This document shows, one piece after another, positions 7,908-17,811 of a stretch of DNA of 46,784 nucleotides. The stretch lies in IMG/VR virus record IMGVR_UViG_3300012942_000011, positions 1-46,784 of that record. One strand, 5' to 3'. The position numbers and the translations under genes were made by a program. This stretch comes from a virus (lineage: Duplodnaviria; Caudoviricetes). The notes beneath the pieces are model-generated. The model did not search any database, was not told where the DNA came from, and saw nothing but the letters and a program-made list of their open reading frames with translations. Position 1 is the stretch's first letter, and every line of letters starts with the position of its first letter.

Positions 7908-9568
7908 CACAGGCCATGGCGTTCCTCCAGGACAAAGACTGGAGAATGTCTCACCTCTACAAGATACGCACTAAAGATAAACGCTTGATAACTTTCAAGC
8001 GCAATCTAATGCAGATGAATTACGCACAGCGTCGTGCGTTAATGAATGCTATTCTCAAGGCACGCCAGCTTGGATTTACTACTGATGCTCTTATTGACCT
8101 CTTTGATGAGACTATCAACACACCTAACACAGTATCTGCTATTGTTGCTCACGAGAGAGATAAGGTGACCAAGCTGTTTGAGATTGTGCGCCGTGCATAT
8201 CAGTATATGCCTGAGGAGCTAAAGCCTCGTGTGTCTTTTGATAACAGGAACGAGCTGTATTTCCCTGAGATAGAATCTAAAATCTTTGTTGCACTTGATA
8301 CCCGCGGAGAAACTATTCACAATCTACACTGGTCTGAGGTTGCCTTTACTCCACAAGCAGAAGAGAAAGCAGCAGCTATCTTTGCATCTGTTCCTAAAGG
8401 AGGTCGTATCACACTAGAAACGACTGCTAACGGCATGGGAGGATACTTTCATGAGGAATGGGAGGACCCAGAATCTAAGTTTAAGAAGCATTTCTATAAC
8501 TGGCTTTGGGAAGCACAGTACCAAGACGCACTGGAAATGCCTTTGGAGGAGCTACGCGCACGCTATCGCACTCAAGCAATCCGATATGGACTGATGATGG
8601 ATATCGAAGAGCGATTTAATCTCACTCCTGAGCAATTCCAATTCTATTTCAATCAAACAGTCAAGCACAAGCAGCTAGTCTTGCAGGAGTTCCCTACCAC
8701 AGCCATCGAAGCCTTTATCGCTTCTGGTAGAAATGTATTCCATCACGTTGACTTGCAGAAGCATCATCCTAAGCCATCTATTGACCGTAAGTGGGGTGAC
8801 TTGCTTATCTGGGAGCATCCGCTTACTACATCTCGCTATGTGATAGGCGTAGACCCATCAGGCGGTATTGGCGGTGACCGTTCAATCATCTCTGTCTTTA
8901 ATGCTCATACAGGCGAACAGGCTGCTGAGTATGCTACTTCCTTTGTGCGTCCTAATCAGCTTGGCTTAACAGCTGCTGAGATAGGTAAGTACTATAACAA
9001 AGCTCTTATTGTCATTGAATCTAATAATCACGGACACGCTGTTATCGATGCTATCCGCCACAAGTATGCGAACCTTTATCGCAGAGAGACAATGGACAAG
9101 ACAACGCGTGAGAAGACTTACACAATCGGTTTCCAAACAACAGGCACGACTAAAGGCTTGCTCGTTGATAAACTAGAAGAAGCTACACGAGAAGAGACTA
9201 TCAGCATTCGTTCAGAAGACTTGCTCAAGGAGATGAAAATCTTTGTAGAGACTGACCAACCTGGGAAGCATGGATATGGTGCTGAAGGTGCTGGGCATGA
9301 TGACCGTGTTATGGCTGCTGCTCTTGCTGTTATCGGTATCCGTGATGTTCCAAAGCAAAAGATGCCTAAGACAGATGCTGAAAGGAGACTTGAGCAGTAT
9401 ATTGCTAAGCATGGTATTCCGTCTTACTTCCAAGACCAACCTAAGACAGAATATCAAGTTACAGGCCGCAATCGTCCGATGTCTCGCATTAGAAAGAACC
9501 CAAGTAGTATCAATGGAGATACGTACAATCAACCTTACAATCAACCTATAGACTATGGCGACTCCTAA
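7880..9568 (+). CDS. terL: Terminase large subunit
   Basis: Walker A ILKARQLGFTT, Walker B-like LHWSEVAF, ETTANG, RNase H-like YVIGVDPSGG and HDDRVMA. Confidence 0.95.
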   Translation: MATSQDQAIAQAMAFLQDKDWRMSHLYKIRTKDKRLITFKRNLMQMNYAQRRALMNAILKARQLGFTTDALIDLFDETINTPNTVSAIVAHERDKVTKLFEIVRRAYQYMPEELKPRVSFDNRNELYFPEIESKIFVALDTRGETIHNLHWSEVAFTPQAEEKAAAIFASVPKGGRITLETTANGMGGYFHEEWEDPESKFKKHFYNWLWEAQYQDALEMPLEELRARYRTQAIRYGLMMDIEERFNLTPEQFQFYFNQTVKHKQLVLQEFPTTAIEAFIASGRNVFHHVDLQKHHPKPSIDRKWGDLLIWEHPLTTSRYVIGVDPSGGIGGDRSIISVFNAHTGEQAAEYATSFVRPNQLGLTAAEIGKYYNKALIVIESNNHGHAVIDAIRHKYANLYRRETMDKTTREKTYTIGFQTTGTTKGLLVDKLEEATREETISIRSEDLLKEMKIFVETDQPGKHGYGAEGAGHDDRVMAAALAVIGIRDVPKQKMPKTDAERRLEQYIAKHGIPSYFQDQPKTEYQVTGRNRPMSRIRKNPSSINGDTYNQPYNQPIDYGDS

Positions 9569-11699
9569 GAAAGGTAATAACAAGAAAGTTCAGGACGATA
9601 AGATTACAAGTGGAGTGCCTTACGAGACAGGGCCTATTGGCGATTTGTCTAGTGACCATATTGCTCCACAACCTGACCCAGTAGAGGAATCAGGTGCTAA
9701 GCGACCAGGTTGGAATCCTCAAGGAGAGGAGCTTAAAGTATGGAGTCAATTCCGTCTACGCAAGCAAGCACTCTTGCAGTCTCGATATAATGTCTATGGC
9801 TTGAACATCGACGCTGAAATGCGTCGTTGGGACCGCAAGTACTTTAGGCGCATGGCTGACATTCCGCCTTCTGAGATGGATGCTAATCAGCGACCTCTTG
9901 CTATCAATCAAGCCTTTGGTAAGGTTCAGACAGCTCTTGGTATTCTAATCGATGCTGACCCGACGTATATCATGGAGTCGGACAATCCTAAATATGACCA
10001 AACAAAGTACCTCCTCAAAGCCCTCGCAGAAAAGTCATGGAGAAACACCAACTCGCTTGGGCAATTTAAGCTTTCTGTGTTTAACTCTGCTCGTCGCGGT
10101 TGGTTCATTGGTCGCACTTTTAATCGTCGTCTCTATCACGATGCGCGTTATCTTGCTTCCGTAGATAACAAGGGACGCAGAGCATACGAGACACGCCTCG
10201 TAACTAAGCTCGATGATATTGCTTACATGAACCTGAGCAACTACAACGCTTGGCTTGATGAGCAAACTCGTCCTGAAGACTTCTTTAGCACACGCGACTG
10301 GATGTGGCGTGAAGTGATGTACATTGACGATATTCGCCGAATGTTCCCGGAATCTGAGTTCCCGAACATGAAGTATGTTACTGCTGGCGGTGACACACGC
10401 GAGAATATCCAAGGCGTCTTTACGCGCAACGCTGCTAACAATAAGACAGGTATCTCGCCGCTTGCATCTAAGCGAGGCATGACGGAAGTATTCTTCTATG
10501 AGAACTGGCCTAGTGACCAATTTATCATTGAAGTAAACAACGTGATGGTTGTTTGGGAGCCACTTCCACAGCAAAACAAGAGACTATCTTGCTCTTACGG
10601 TCAATGGCACTTCCGTGGTGACGATACTATCTACGGAATGGGCATTATCGAGGAGATGGAGAACAACGAGGAACTCGTAGACCGTGTCCTTAACATGGAT
10701 ATGCGTCAGTTGCTTGCGACTATCGCTCCAATGGGCTTCTATTCTGGTACTGAAGACTTTGAAGACGAGAACATTCGTGTGTCTCCAGGTATTATGCGCC
10801 GAACGATGAATCCAAAGGATGTTACTTGGCTTCAGATTCCACAAGGCAACAACAGCGGTCTCGATAAAATCGGATGGCTCAATGACCGTAGCAACGCTAA
10901 CACAGGCATCACTCCTATCATTGAAGGTATTGCTCCTGACCCATCTGGTCAAGTTACTGCATTCCAAGTTGGTGTGCAACGCGAATCAGCACTCAAGAGA
11001 CTTTCACTCCCTCTCAAGTCACTCCAGTATGCGCTTAAGAATGAGTTTGATAACCGTATCGCTCTCATTCAGCAAGTATACTCACAGTTTGAGGTACAGC
11101 ACCTTACTGCCGAGGAGGAAATCTTTAGCTATCTTGATGAAGTCAATGCTGACCCAGAATTCTTCTTTATCGAGAATGAGGGCTCTCCAGAAGAGAAGTT
11201 CTTCGCAGTTAAGTACCGCATGGCTAACCTCAATGTTGAGAAGACAGGCGAGGGTACTTACATAGAATCTGAGAATAGTAGCTTCTTTGCTATCAAGCCT
11301 GAGATGCTTGCGTTCAGCGGATTCACATCTGTTGACGAGACATCGCTCCTCACAAGCTCAAAAGCACTTGACCAAGCAGATACGCTTCGTCTTACTAACT
11401 TGCTTGTTCCAATGCTTGCAGGTCCTATGGAACTCAACGCAAAGCCAGCTAAGCAGCTTATCGTGTCATTCGATAGGCAGCCTAAAGATTGGCTCCCGCA
11501 AGCATGGCTTGACTTCCTTAATGGTAAGAATGGACCTGCTAATCAAGCAGACGCCACGCTACTCCAAGCAGGAGCTAATGCGCCGGGACAAACACCTGGA
11601 CAACCTCCAGCACTTCCAAATGCACCTACAGTCGTTCCTCCAGCACAAGCACAGCAACCTAGCGAATCAGGACTAGAAGGAGCAGCAATGCTGACATAA
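9555..11699 (+). CDS. Portal protein (podovirus-type)
   Basis: 714 aa immediately after TerL; YGMGIIE, TGI...TAF motifs; Pro/Gln-rich tail. Confidence 0.85.
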   Translation: MATPKKGNNKKVQDDKITSGVPYETGPIGDLSSDHIAPQPDPVEESGAKRPGWNPQGEELKVWSQFRLRKQALLQSRYNVYGLNIDAEMRRWDRKYFRRMADIPPSEMDANQRPLAINQAFGKVQTALGILIDADPTYIMESDNPKYDQTKYLLKALAEKSWRNTNSLGQFKLSVFNSARRGWFIGRTFNRRLYHDARYLASVDNKGRRAYETRLVTKLDDIAYMNLSNYNAWLDEQTRPEDFFSTRDWMWREVMYIDDIRRMFPESEFPNMKYVTAGGDTRENIQGVFTRNAANNKTGISPLASKRGMTEVFFYENWPSDQFIIEVNNVMVVWEPLPQQNKRLSCSYGQWHFRGDDTIYGMGIIEEMENNEELVDRVLNMDMRQLLATIAPMGFYSGTEDFEDENIRVSPGIMRRTMNPKDVTWLQIPQGNNSGLDKIGWLNDRSNANTGITPIIEGIAPDPSGQVTAFQVGVQRESALKRLSLPLKSLQYALKNEFDNRIALIQQVYSQFEVQHLTAEEEIFSYLDEVNADPEFFFIENEGSPEEKFFAVKYRMANLNVEKTGEGTYIESENSSFFAIKPEMLAFSGFTSVDETSLLTSSKALDQADTLRLTNLLVPMLAGPMELNAKPAKQLIVSFDRQPKDWLPQAWLDFLNGKNGPANQADATLLQAGANAPGQTPGQPPALPNAPTVVPPAQAQQPSESGLEGAAMLT

Positions 11700-11715
11700 C
11701 AATAAGTCACCGACC

Positions 11716-11955
11716 ATGACCGACCATCAACACAGCGTAGTAAGACTACAGCAACAGGCACGCGCCCGTAATCTACTTAAAGATTATGGAGATTTGCTAT
11801 TGCAGACAGTAGAAGAGGTAAAAAAGCATTTAAACGGCGATATAACTGGTACTACGGCTGACGAAATAGCCTTAGAATATAAGAGAAGGCAAGGAGGTCG
11901 AGAAGCCTTGGATTCTTTCTTGGTAAAACTAAACGCGAAGGCAAATGAGCGATAA
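11716..11955 (+). CDS. Small protein following portal
   Basis: Position; EYKRRQGGREAL pattern. Confidence 0.65.
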   Translation: MTDHQHSVVRLQQQARARNLLKDYGDLLLQTVEEVKKHLNGDITGTTADEIALEYKRRQGGREALDSFLVKLNAKANER

Positions 11956-12457
11956 CAAGACAGAACGCAAGCATTGGGGTTTTCACACTCCTGAAGGCGA
12001 CTTCGTACAGTTCTTTCCTATCTTTGAGGTCAAGGTTCCTGCAAATGGACAAGTAGACCCAATCAATAAGGAAGTAGAGTGTACGTGGGTAGACATAAAG
12101 ATTACAAAGAAAGACGGAACGGTAACAGAACTCCATTCCAACTATCTTGACCTCTTTATGTTCTCCTATATGTGCGCCAATGAGGAGCTCCGACAACAGC
12201 TCCAGATGCGTTATGAGAGACAAGCTGGCTCTATTCCTTATGAAGTTACATTCTCGCTGTCTCCCGAAGAGATAGCAAATAGGAAAGCAACGCGCCTCAT
12301 CACGCTCACTGTTGACGAAATCACGATGGCTATTGCGAGAGCGCAAGCAAGACAGATAGCAGGTGCAAGACCTGAGTTCCTTGAACAGTATATCGAGCGT
12401 AAGAAGAAAGACCCGAAGTATACTGGCTCAGGCAAATCATTATTTGATGGGAAATAA
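11945..12457 (+). CDS. Hypothetical protein
   Basis: Coupled 170-aa ORF. Confidence 0.75.
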   Translation: MSDNKTERKHWGFHTPEGDFVQFFPIFEVKVPANGQVDPINKEVECTWVDIKITKKDGTVTELHSNYLDLFMFSYMCANEELRQQLQMRYERQAGSIPYEVTFSLSPEEIANRKATRLITLTVDEITMAIARAQARQIAGARPEFLEQYIERKKKDPKYTGSGKSLFDGK

Positions 12458-12469
12458 CCGATATTCTCT

Positions 12470-13204
12470 ATGGCAGAACGTGAAATGACTAACAAGGAAA
12501 TGGTGGAACAGCTCCAGAATATGGGAGTTGAAAACGTCAATCCTAACGCAACTAAAGAAGTGCTTAAGAAGATGCTTGCTGAGCATACTCCACAAGCAGG
12601 ACCAGCTTCAAGCGAGAATCCTCCTACTCAAGAGGAAACTAAGCAAGAGGAGCCAACTGGTACTGTATCCGAGCCAGCTCCTGCAAGCGATACTGCACAG
12701 ATTCTAGCAGCTATTCAAGGCCTTGCTACATCAGTAGATGGTCTTAATAAGCGTGTTACTCGTATGGAGACTGGAGGCAAGAATGACTTCATGAACGAGA
12801 TGAAGGAAGCTGACGTTGAGGCAGCGAGTGAGAGCAAGAAAGATGCTGACCCACGCATTGTCTCCATCGTAGAAGAGATTCTCGGTGTTGACTTTGGTGT
12901 TGAGATTATTCCGAACCCGAATGCTCCTGGCTTCCAGTTTAGCGTTCTTGTTCCTAAGCGTCTCTCACCTATCCCAGGTTCAACGCGTCCAGTACTTGAC
13001 CCAGAGACAGGTGCATATAAAAAGGACCCGAAGACTGGTGAGGTAGTTGAGGAAGACTACTGGCCGGGAGATAAGCGTAGCCGTGCTGTTGGCTCACGCG
13101 ATAGCTTCGACCTTGTACGCGACCACTGTAACCGTGTTCGTGCTCACATAGTTACTTACTACGAGAAGCTCAAGAAGCCACTTCCTGAGTTTAAGCTTCG
13201 CTAA
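12470..13204 (+). CDS. Hypothetical protein with N-terminal HeH/LEM-like motif
   Basis: MTNKEMVEQLQNMGVENVNPNATKEVLKKML. Confidence 0.6.
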   Translation: MAEREMTNKEMVEQLQNMGVENVNPNATKEVLKKMLAEHTPQAGPASSENPPTQEETKQEEPTGTVSEPAPASDTAQILAAIQGLATSVDGLNKRVTRMETGGKNDFMNEMKEADVEAASESKKDADPRIVSIVEEILGVDFGVEIIPNPNAPGFQFSVLVPKRLSPIPGSTRPVLDPETGAYKKDPKTGEVVEEDYWPGDKRSRAVGSRDSFDLVRDHCNRVRAHIVTYYEKLKKPLPEFKLR

Positions 13205-13206
13205 GG

Positions 13207-13497
13207 ATGATTCGTCCTCTAGGCGATAGAGTGCTTATTGAATTGCCTCCTAAAGACGAAGAAAAGAAGACTGCCTCAGGCATCATTCTTACAGAGTCTC
13301 CTACAGGCGATAAGATACAGCAAGGAGTGGTTCGCGGTATCGGTCCTAGCTTCAAGGACACTACTCTAAAGGTAGGTGATACTGTTCAATTCTCTAAGTA
13401 TGGGTTCGAGGATGTAACTGATACCGATGGTAAAGAGTACATCATTACTAACGAAGCGAATGTAATTGCTATTGTTCATGACGACATTCAAAATTAA
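13207..13497 (+). CDS. groES: Co-chaperonin GroES
   Basis: IRPLGDRVLIE, mobile loop EKKTASGIIL, LKVGDTVQFSKY. Confidence 0.95.
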   Translation: MIRPLGDRVLIELPPKDEEKKTASGIILTESPTGDKIQQGVVRGIGPSFKDTTLKVGDTVQFSKYGFEDVTDTDGKEYIITNEANVIAIVHDDIQN

Positions 13498-13921
13498 GAA
13501 GAAGTATATCGTCGGGCTTGGTAATTGGCTTGGTTCTATTTCTCTCCAAGGAAAGCAGAGCCGTATGCGTACCCGTTTTGTCTCACTTCTTGAGGAGGCA
13601 TTGGAACGCTACGAGAAGGACCGCAAAGCTATGCTCGAAGAGGTTTGTGTTAAAGATGAGGAAGGAAAGCCAAAACTCATCGAAGAGAACGGCCAGTCTC
13701 ATTATGACATTCCAGATGATAAAACTGAGCAGTTCAATGCTGATATGAAAGAGATGGGAGAGGAAGATGCAGAACTCACGGGTCCTGAAACAGCTCCTGT
13801 ATTCGTCACTGTAAGCAATATTCTTCTCAATTATGATGGGAAGATTGAGGGCCGCGATGCCTACGCATACGACAAGTGGTGCGAGGCTGCGGAAGCGTAC
13901 CTCAATACAACAAAAGAGTAG
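13478..13921 (+). CDS. DUF1617-like phage protein
   Basis: LQGKQSRMRTRFVSLL...KDEEGKPK pattern. Confidence 0.55.
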   Translation: MTTFKIKKKYIVGLGNWLGSISLQGKQSRMRTRFVSLLEEALERYEKDRKAMLEEVCVKDEEGKPKLIEENGQSHYDIPDDKTEQFNADMKEMGEEDAELTGPETAPVFVTVSNILLNYDGKIEGRDAYAYDKWCEAAEAYLNTTKE

Positions 13922-14128
13922 TATCTACTTTAACTCTCCGAAGTAATTCTACATTACTATCAGAGTACCTTAAAAATCGGATTAAGTTAAGCTCGTCAGG
14001 TAAAGGGCTGACACAGCACGATGAGGTCGGTCGTCGTGCGCTGCCAGCCCTCTATCCGGTGAGGGCAACTATTGTATCCCGGGAGGTCGCTTCTCCTAGT
14101 TATCTAAACAGTCGTTAATACAACACAT

Positions 14129-14851
14129 ATGCCAAAGCCAAACGAACCGGAGAACGGCGGTGGTGCTCCAACCGTCGAGGAACTTCAATCTCAGATTGAA
14201 AACCTCAATAAAGGTATTGCGTCTTATCGTGATAAGGCACAATCCGCGGAGCAGGTTGCTACTGAAGCTAAGAAAGAAATCGACACTTTCAAGGCTGAGA
14301 TAGAGCGACTCAAGCAAGGGGTTCAACCGCAGAAGAAGGATGACAAGGAAACTCAACTTGCTCCTGAAGATGCAGAGAAACTCGCTGCTTGGGCAAAAGC
14401 ACAAGGCTTTGTAAGTAAGGAGGAACTCGAAGAGGAACGTGCGCGTACTTTCAACGAGAACCTCAAGAACATAGAGTCTCAGGCGATTGACGAGTTCGTT
14501 AAATCCCATCCAGAGTACGATGATGACGAACTCTGGGGAAAAGTTAAGGAACAGTTCGCACTCTATAAGCAACCGACCTCTCTGACAGGCTACAGAACGC
14601 TCCTTGGAAAGATTCATAAGGAAATAAAAGGTCAGGACGACGTTGCTGCTAAAGCTCGCGCCGCTGAAGAGACTCGCAAGAGACTCGGACTCGGAGGCGG
14701 AAGCCAAGGCGGTGCTAGCGTTGACACGACTTTGCAGGACCTTAGGGAGAAATACCCGAATCTTTCTGAAGAGATGATTCAAGCTCGTCTAGAGGAAATT
14801 AACAGTCTCGCCAAGTCACGCGAAGAACGTAACAAGGCGAGGAAACAGTAG
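14129..14851 (+). CDS. Capsid scaffolding protein
   Basis: Charged coiled-coil protein preceding the capsid genes. Confidence 0.75.
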   Translation: MPKPNEPENGGGAPTVEELQSQIENLNKGIASYRDKAQSAEQVATEAKKEIDTFKAEIERLKQGVQPQKKDDKETQLAPEDAEKLAAWAKAQGFVSKEELEEERARTFNENLKNIESQAIDEFVKSHPEYDDDELWGKVKEQFALYKQPTSLTGYRTLLGKIHKEIKGQDDVAAKARAAEETRKRLGLGGGSQGGASVDTTLQDLREKYPNLSEEMIQARLEEINSLAKSREERNKARKQ

Positions 14852-14863
14852 TCACTTTCCTCT

Positions 14864-15307
14864 ATGATTAAAGTCGTAGATACAAACTACTCGAAGCTTC
14901 CGCCACAGGTTGCTAATGTCCCTGCTTCCACGACTATTACTGCAGGTAGCCTCCTTGCTAGTGACTTCACTAACAAAGGACTGATTCCCGCTACTGCTGC
15001 AAGTACAGTTCTGACAATCATGGGCATCGCAACTCAATCGGTTGCATCGAGTGCGTCGGTTCAGCAGGTCAATTTCGTACCTGTTGACCAAGCAGTCTAC
15101 GTTGTTGCGGATTGTACCAACAACACGGCTGCTAATCAGCTTTGTATCCGCCATATCCTCACGGATGCGAATACAATTGCTAATACCAGCACGAACATCA
15201 CTATTAACACTGGTGTATTCTACGCGCTTGGTACGGTCGGTGCAGCATCTGACAAGAAGCTGTACGGCTACTTTATTAAGGTGGGACAGAATCCTGCTGC
15301 TTCCTAA
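14864..15307 (+). CDS. Capsid decoration/minor head protein
   Basis: Ala/Thr-rich beta protein between scaffold and major capsid. Confidence 0.6.
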   Translation: MIKVVDTNYSKLPPQVANVPASTTITAGSLLASDFTNKGLIPATAASTVLTIMGIATQSVASSASVQQVNFVPVDQAVYVVADCTNNTAANQLCIRHILTDANTIANTSTNITINTGVFYALGTVGAASDKKLYGYFIKVGQNPAAS

Positions 15308-15318
15308 ACTAACTGGCT

Positions 15319-16323
15319 ATGGCTTACAATCCTACAGCAGTTCCGTTTGACCTCGATGCAGCTAGCGACCTCACCGACCTTTCTATCCAAGAGATTTGGA
15401 TTAAGTCGCCAGCTGACCTCGAAGAGTATCATGACCAGTACTACTACGTAGAACCGGTTCCTGATTACATTACCAAGGATAGCTCGCTGACCTCTATCAG
15501 CACTTTCTCTAAGATTCCTGAGAACGGCAACATTCCTGCTGACTCTCCGTATCAGGGATTTGAGCAAGTGTACACGCAGTCGTTCTTCAGCGGTATGCTT
15601 CGTATCACTCGTCCAATGTGGCGTTATGGTATCCAGGCTCGCCGTCTTGAAGCGATTGTGATGGAGCTCAAGAACGATGCTATTCGTTTCCGTGAGACGG
15701 TTCTCGCTGACGTCCTCAACAACGCAACGAGCACTAGCTACACTGAAACAGCTGGTAAGTTCGCGTTCCCAGTGACCAACACCGGTGGTGACGGTGTAGC
15801 GTTCGAGTCATCTGCTCACACTCGTGAGGATGGCGGCCCGAACTGGTCTAACGTCATCTCTGACGGTACCACTTCCAACATGAGTTTCGACTACAATGGT
15901 TGGAAGGCTGCTCTCAAGACCGCACAGGCTATCCTCGGCGGCGTGGGTGAAATCCTCGATATCGAGCTTGACAAGATTATGGTCAAGAAGAACTCTGAGG
16001 CTCACTTCCGCGCACAGGAGATTCTCCACAGCGTTGACCGCCGTGAGAATCCTCTTACCGCTAACCGCCTTGGCTCGATTGACCGCTCTTACAGCATTCT
16101 TGCTAACCCGTACCTTACGTCTGCAACGGCTTGGGGTGCAGTGGATTCCAGCAAGATTAGCCCTAAGTGGGGTCTTCAGTTCAAGGAAGGTATGCCGCTT
16201 ACGCTTGACCCTCAGTTTATCGATTACGATAACAAGGAAATCAAGTACTCGGCAGGTAGCGACTTTGCCTACGGCTTCAACGACGTACGCAACTGGTGCT
16301 GGTCTACAGGTCTCAACGCGTAA
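15319..16323 (+). CDS. Major capsid protein (HK97 fold, Mu gpT-like)
   Basis: 334 aa; F-SKIPENG, GGDGVAFESSAH, NPYLTSATAW motifs; codon bias of a highly expressed gene. Confidence 0.88.
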   Translation: MAYNPTAVPFDLDAASDLTDLSIQEIWIKSPADLEEYHDQYYYVEPVPDYITKDSSLTSISTFSKIPENGNIPADSPYQGFEQVYTQSFFSGMLRITRPMWRYGIQARRLEAIVMELKNDAIRFRETVLADVLNNATSTSYTETAGKFAFPVTNTGGDGVAFESSAHTREDGGPNWSNVISDGTTSNMSFDYNGWKAALKTAQAILGGVGEILDIELDKIMVKKNSEAHFRAQEILHSVDRRENPLTANRLGSIDRSYSILANPYLTSATAWGAVDSSKISPKWGLQFKEGMPLTLDPQFIDYDNKEIKYSAGSDFAYGFNDVRNWCWSTGLNA

Positions 16324-16415
16324 GCGTTTGACTGACGAGCTGGAGGGGAAAGCTCTAAAAACACCCTCCCAACACAGGCTTATAGCTTTAATCGCCAAGC
16401 ATAAGAACCTAGGAA

Positions 16416-16730
16416 ATGCGATACATTGACAAACGTACTTCGACAAAGCCAGAGCGAATCTTTATCGAGATACTGAAAGAGAATCATATCCCTTTCAAGC
16501 ATCGCGTAAGGATAGAAGACAAAGAGATTGATTTCATAGTTGGTCATTACGCTATCGAAATCGATGGACACCGACAGTCTTCAGAGAGAAATCATTGGTT
16601 ATTCAGTAACGGCTTTACGCCAATACATTACACGAATGCCTCTCTCATAACAAATCGCAAGGCTGTTGAACAAGACATAACTAATCGCTTCTATGGCATT
16701 CCAAGCAAAACCGCTCGCTCCAGCCCTTAA
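16416..16730 (+). CDS. DUF559/Vsr-like endonuclease-fold protein
   Basis: TKPERIFIEIL...EIDF...AIEIDGHRQ...RNHWL. Confidence 0.75.
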   Translation: MRYIDKRTSTKPERIFIEILKENHIPFKHRVRIEDKEIDFIVGHYAIEIDGHRQSSERNHWLFSNGFTPIHYTNASLITNRKAVEQDITNRFYGIPSKTARSSP

Positions 16731-17358
16731 TGGCGACCCGTTCGGCTTCGTTACTTCAATCACTGTTCTCAACAAGCAAGGTGCTACTTACACAGTCGGT
16801 ACTCCGTCTGTAACAGTCACCGACCTCGATGATAGTGGTTATGTTCTCGGTGCATATGGCGCAACGCTCCCGACAGCGGGCGATGCAGGCTACTCAGTAG
16901 GTTGTCTCTTCCGTCTTACTGCTAATGGAGGTGCTGGTACAGTATTCGTCAACAACGGAACTACTACTTCAGCACTCTTCCAAGGCCTTAGCGGAAGTCC
17001 TGCAAGTTCGGCTGCTATCAACGCAACTGCTACCGCAACTGCTGCTCAGGTTGCAACTGGTCGTATCACTTCCACTTCAGCTGCTGCAACGACTATCACA
17101 CTTCCTACCGGTACACTTCTTGGTGCATACCTCGGAGCAACCGCTGGTACTAAGTTTGACCTCATCGTTGATAACACAGCAGGTGCTAACACAGTGACGA
17201 TGGCTGTAGCAACAAACGGTATCCTTTCAGCTGCTGCTGCTGCTGGCTCAAGTGCTAACTTCGGTCTTCTTACTGTTCCGAGCGGTGTAACTGGTGTAGC
17301 TCGCTTTACGCTTCTCTTCTCTAGCGCAACTGCATACGTATTCAGCCGCACTGCATAG
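16693..17358 (+). CDS. Virion structural protein (Ala/Thr/Gly-rich)
   Basis: Composition, position, TITLPT motif. Confidence 0.65.
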   Translation: MAFQAKPLAPALNGDPFGFVTSITVLNKQGATYTVGTPSVTVTDLDDSGYVLGAYGATLPTAGDAGYSVGCLFRLTANGGAGTVFVNNGTTTSALFQGLSGSPASSAAINATATATAAQVATGRITSTSAAATTITLPTGTLLGAYLGATAGTKFDLIVDNTAGANTVTMAVATNGILSAAAAAGSSANFGLLTVPSGVTGVARFTLLFSSATAYVFSRTA

Positions 17359-17381
17359 TTTATTAGGTAACTTCATTCGCT

Positions 17382-17804
17382 ATGATTTTCCCTAATAAAA
17401 CATCATACGCAGACCGCCAACCGTTTGTGTTCTTCGATGCTGCTGAGGCTACAGATTCGTTTGTAGCAGGAAACATTGCATCATTCGATGAGCATAACAT
17501 GGTAGGCTTCCAGCTTACGCTTACTGACCTTGGTGACATTACAACTCTCTCTATCATTGTTGAATCTTCTATTGACGGAGGTACGACATATGGACAGCAA
17601 GTTGCAGTGGCTACTACGGGCGGTACGACCGTTGTAACAAAGAATCAGTACGACTTCTCGATGGCTTCATATACAGCCGGAGATACCGTCACATTCATTG
17701 TTACTCCGATTAAGGGCGACCACTTGAAAGTATCTATGAAAGCTGATGACTCTGTTACTGACGGAGGCGATATCACTCTCGTAGGAATGTTCGGGTGGGT
17801 ATAA
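17382..17804 (+). CDS. Putative virion protein
   Basis: VESSIDGGTTY motif, beta-rich. Confidence 0.6.
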   Translation: MIFPNKTSYADRQPFVFFDAAEATDSFVAGNIASFDEHNMVGFQLTLTDLGDITTLSIIVESSIDGGTTYGQQVAVATTGGTTVVTKNQYDFSMASYTAGDTVTFIVTPIKGDHLKVSMKADDSVTDGGDITLVGMFGWV

Positions 17805-17811
17805 AGATGAC

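Noticed and set aside
16317-16420. Hammerhead ribozyme after the capsid stop (CTGACGAG...GAAATGCG with CGCGTA)
   Set aside because: Core words are present, but stem I cannot form (AGCGTTTGA) and stem II lacks the closing G-C before GAAA
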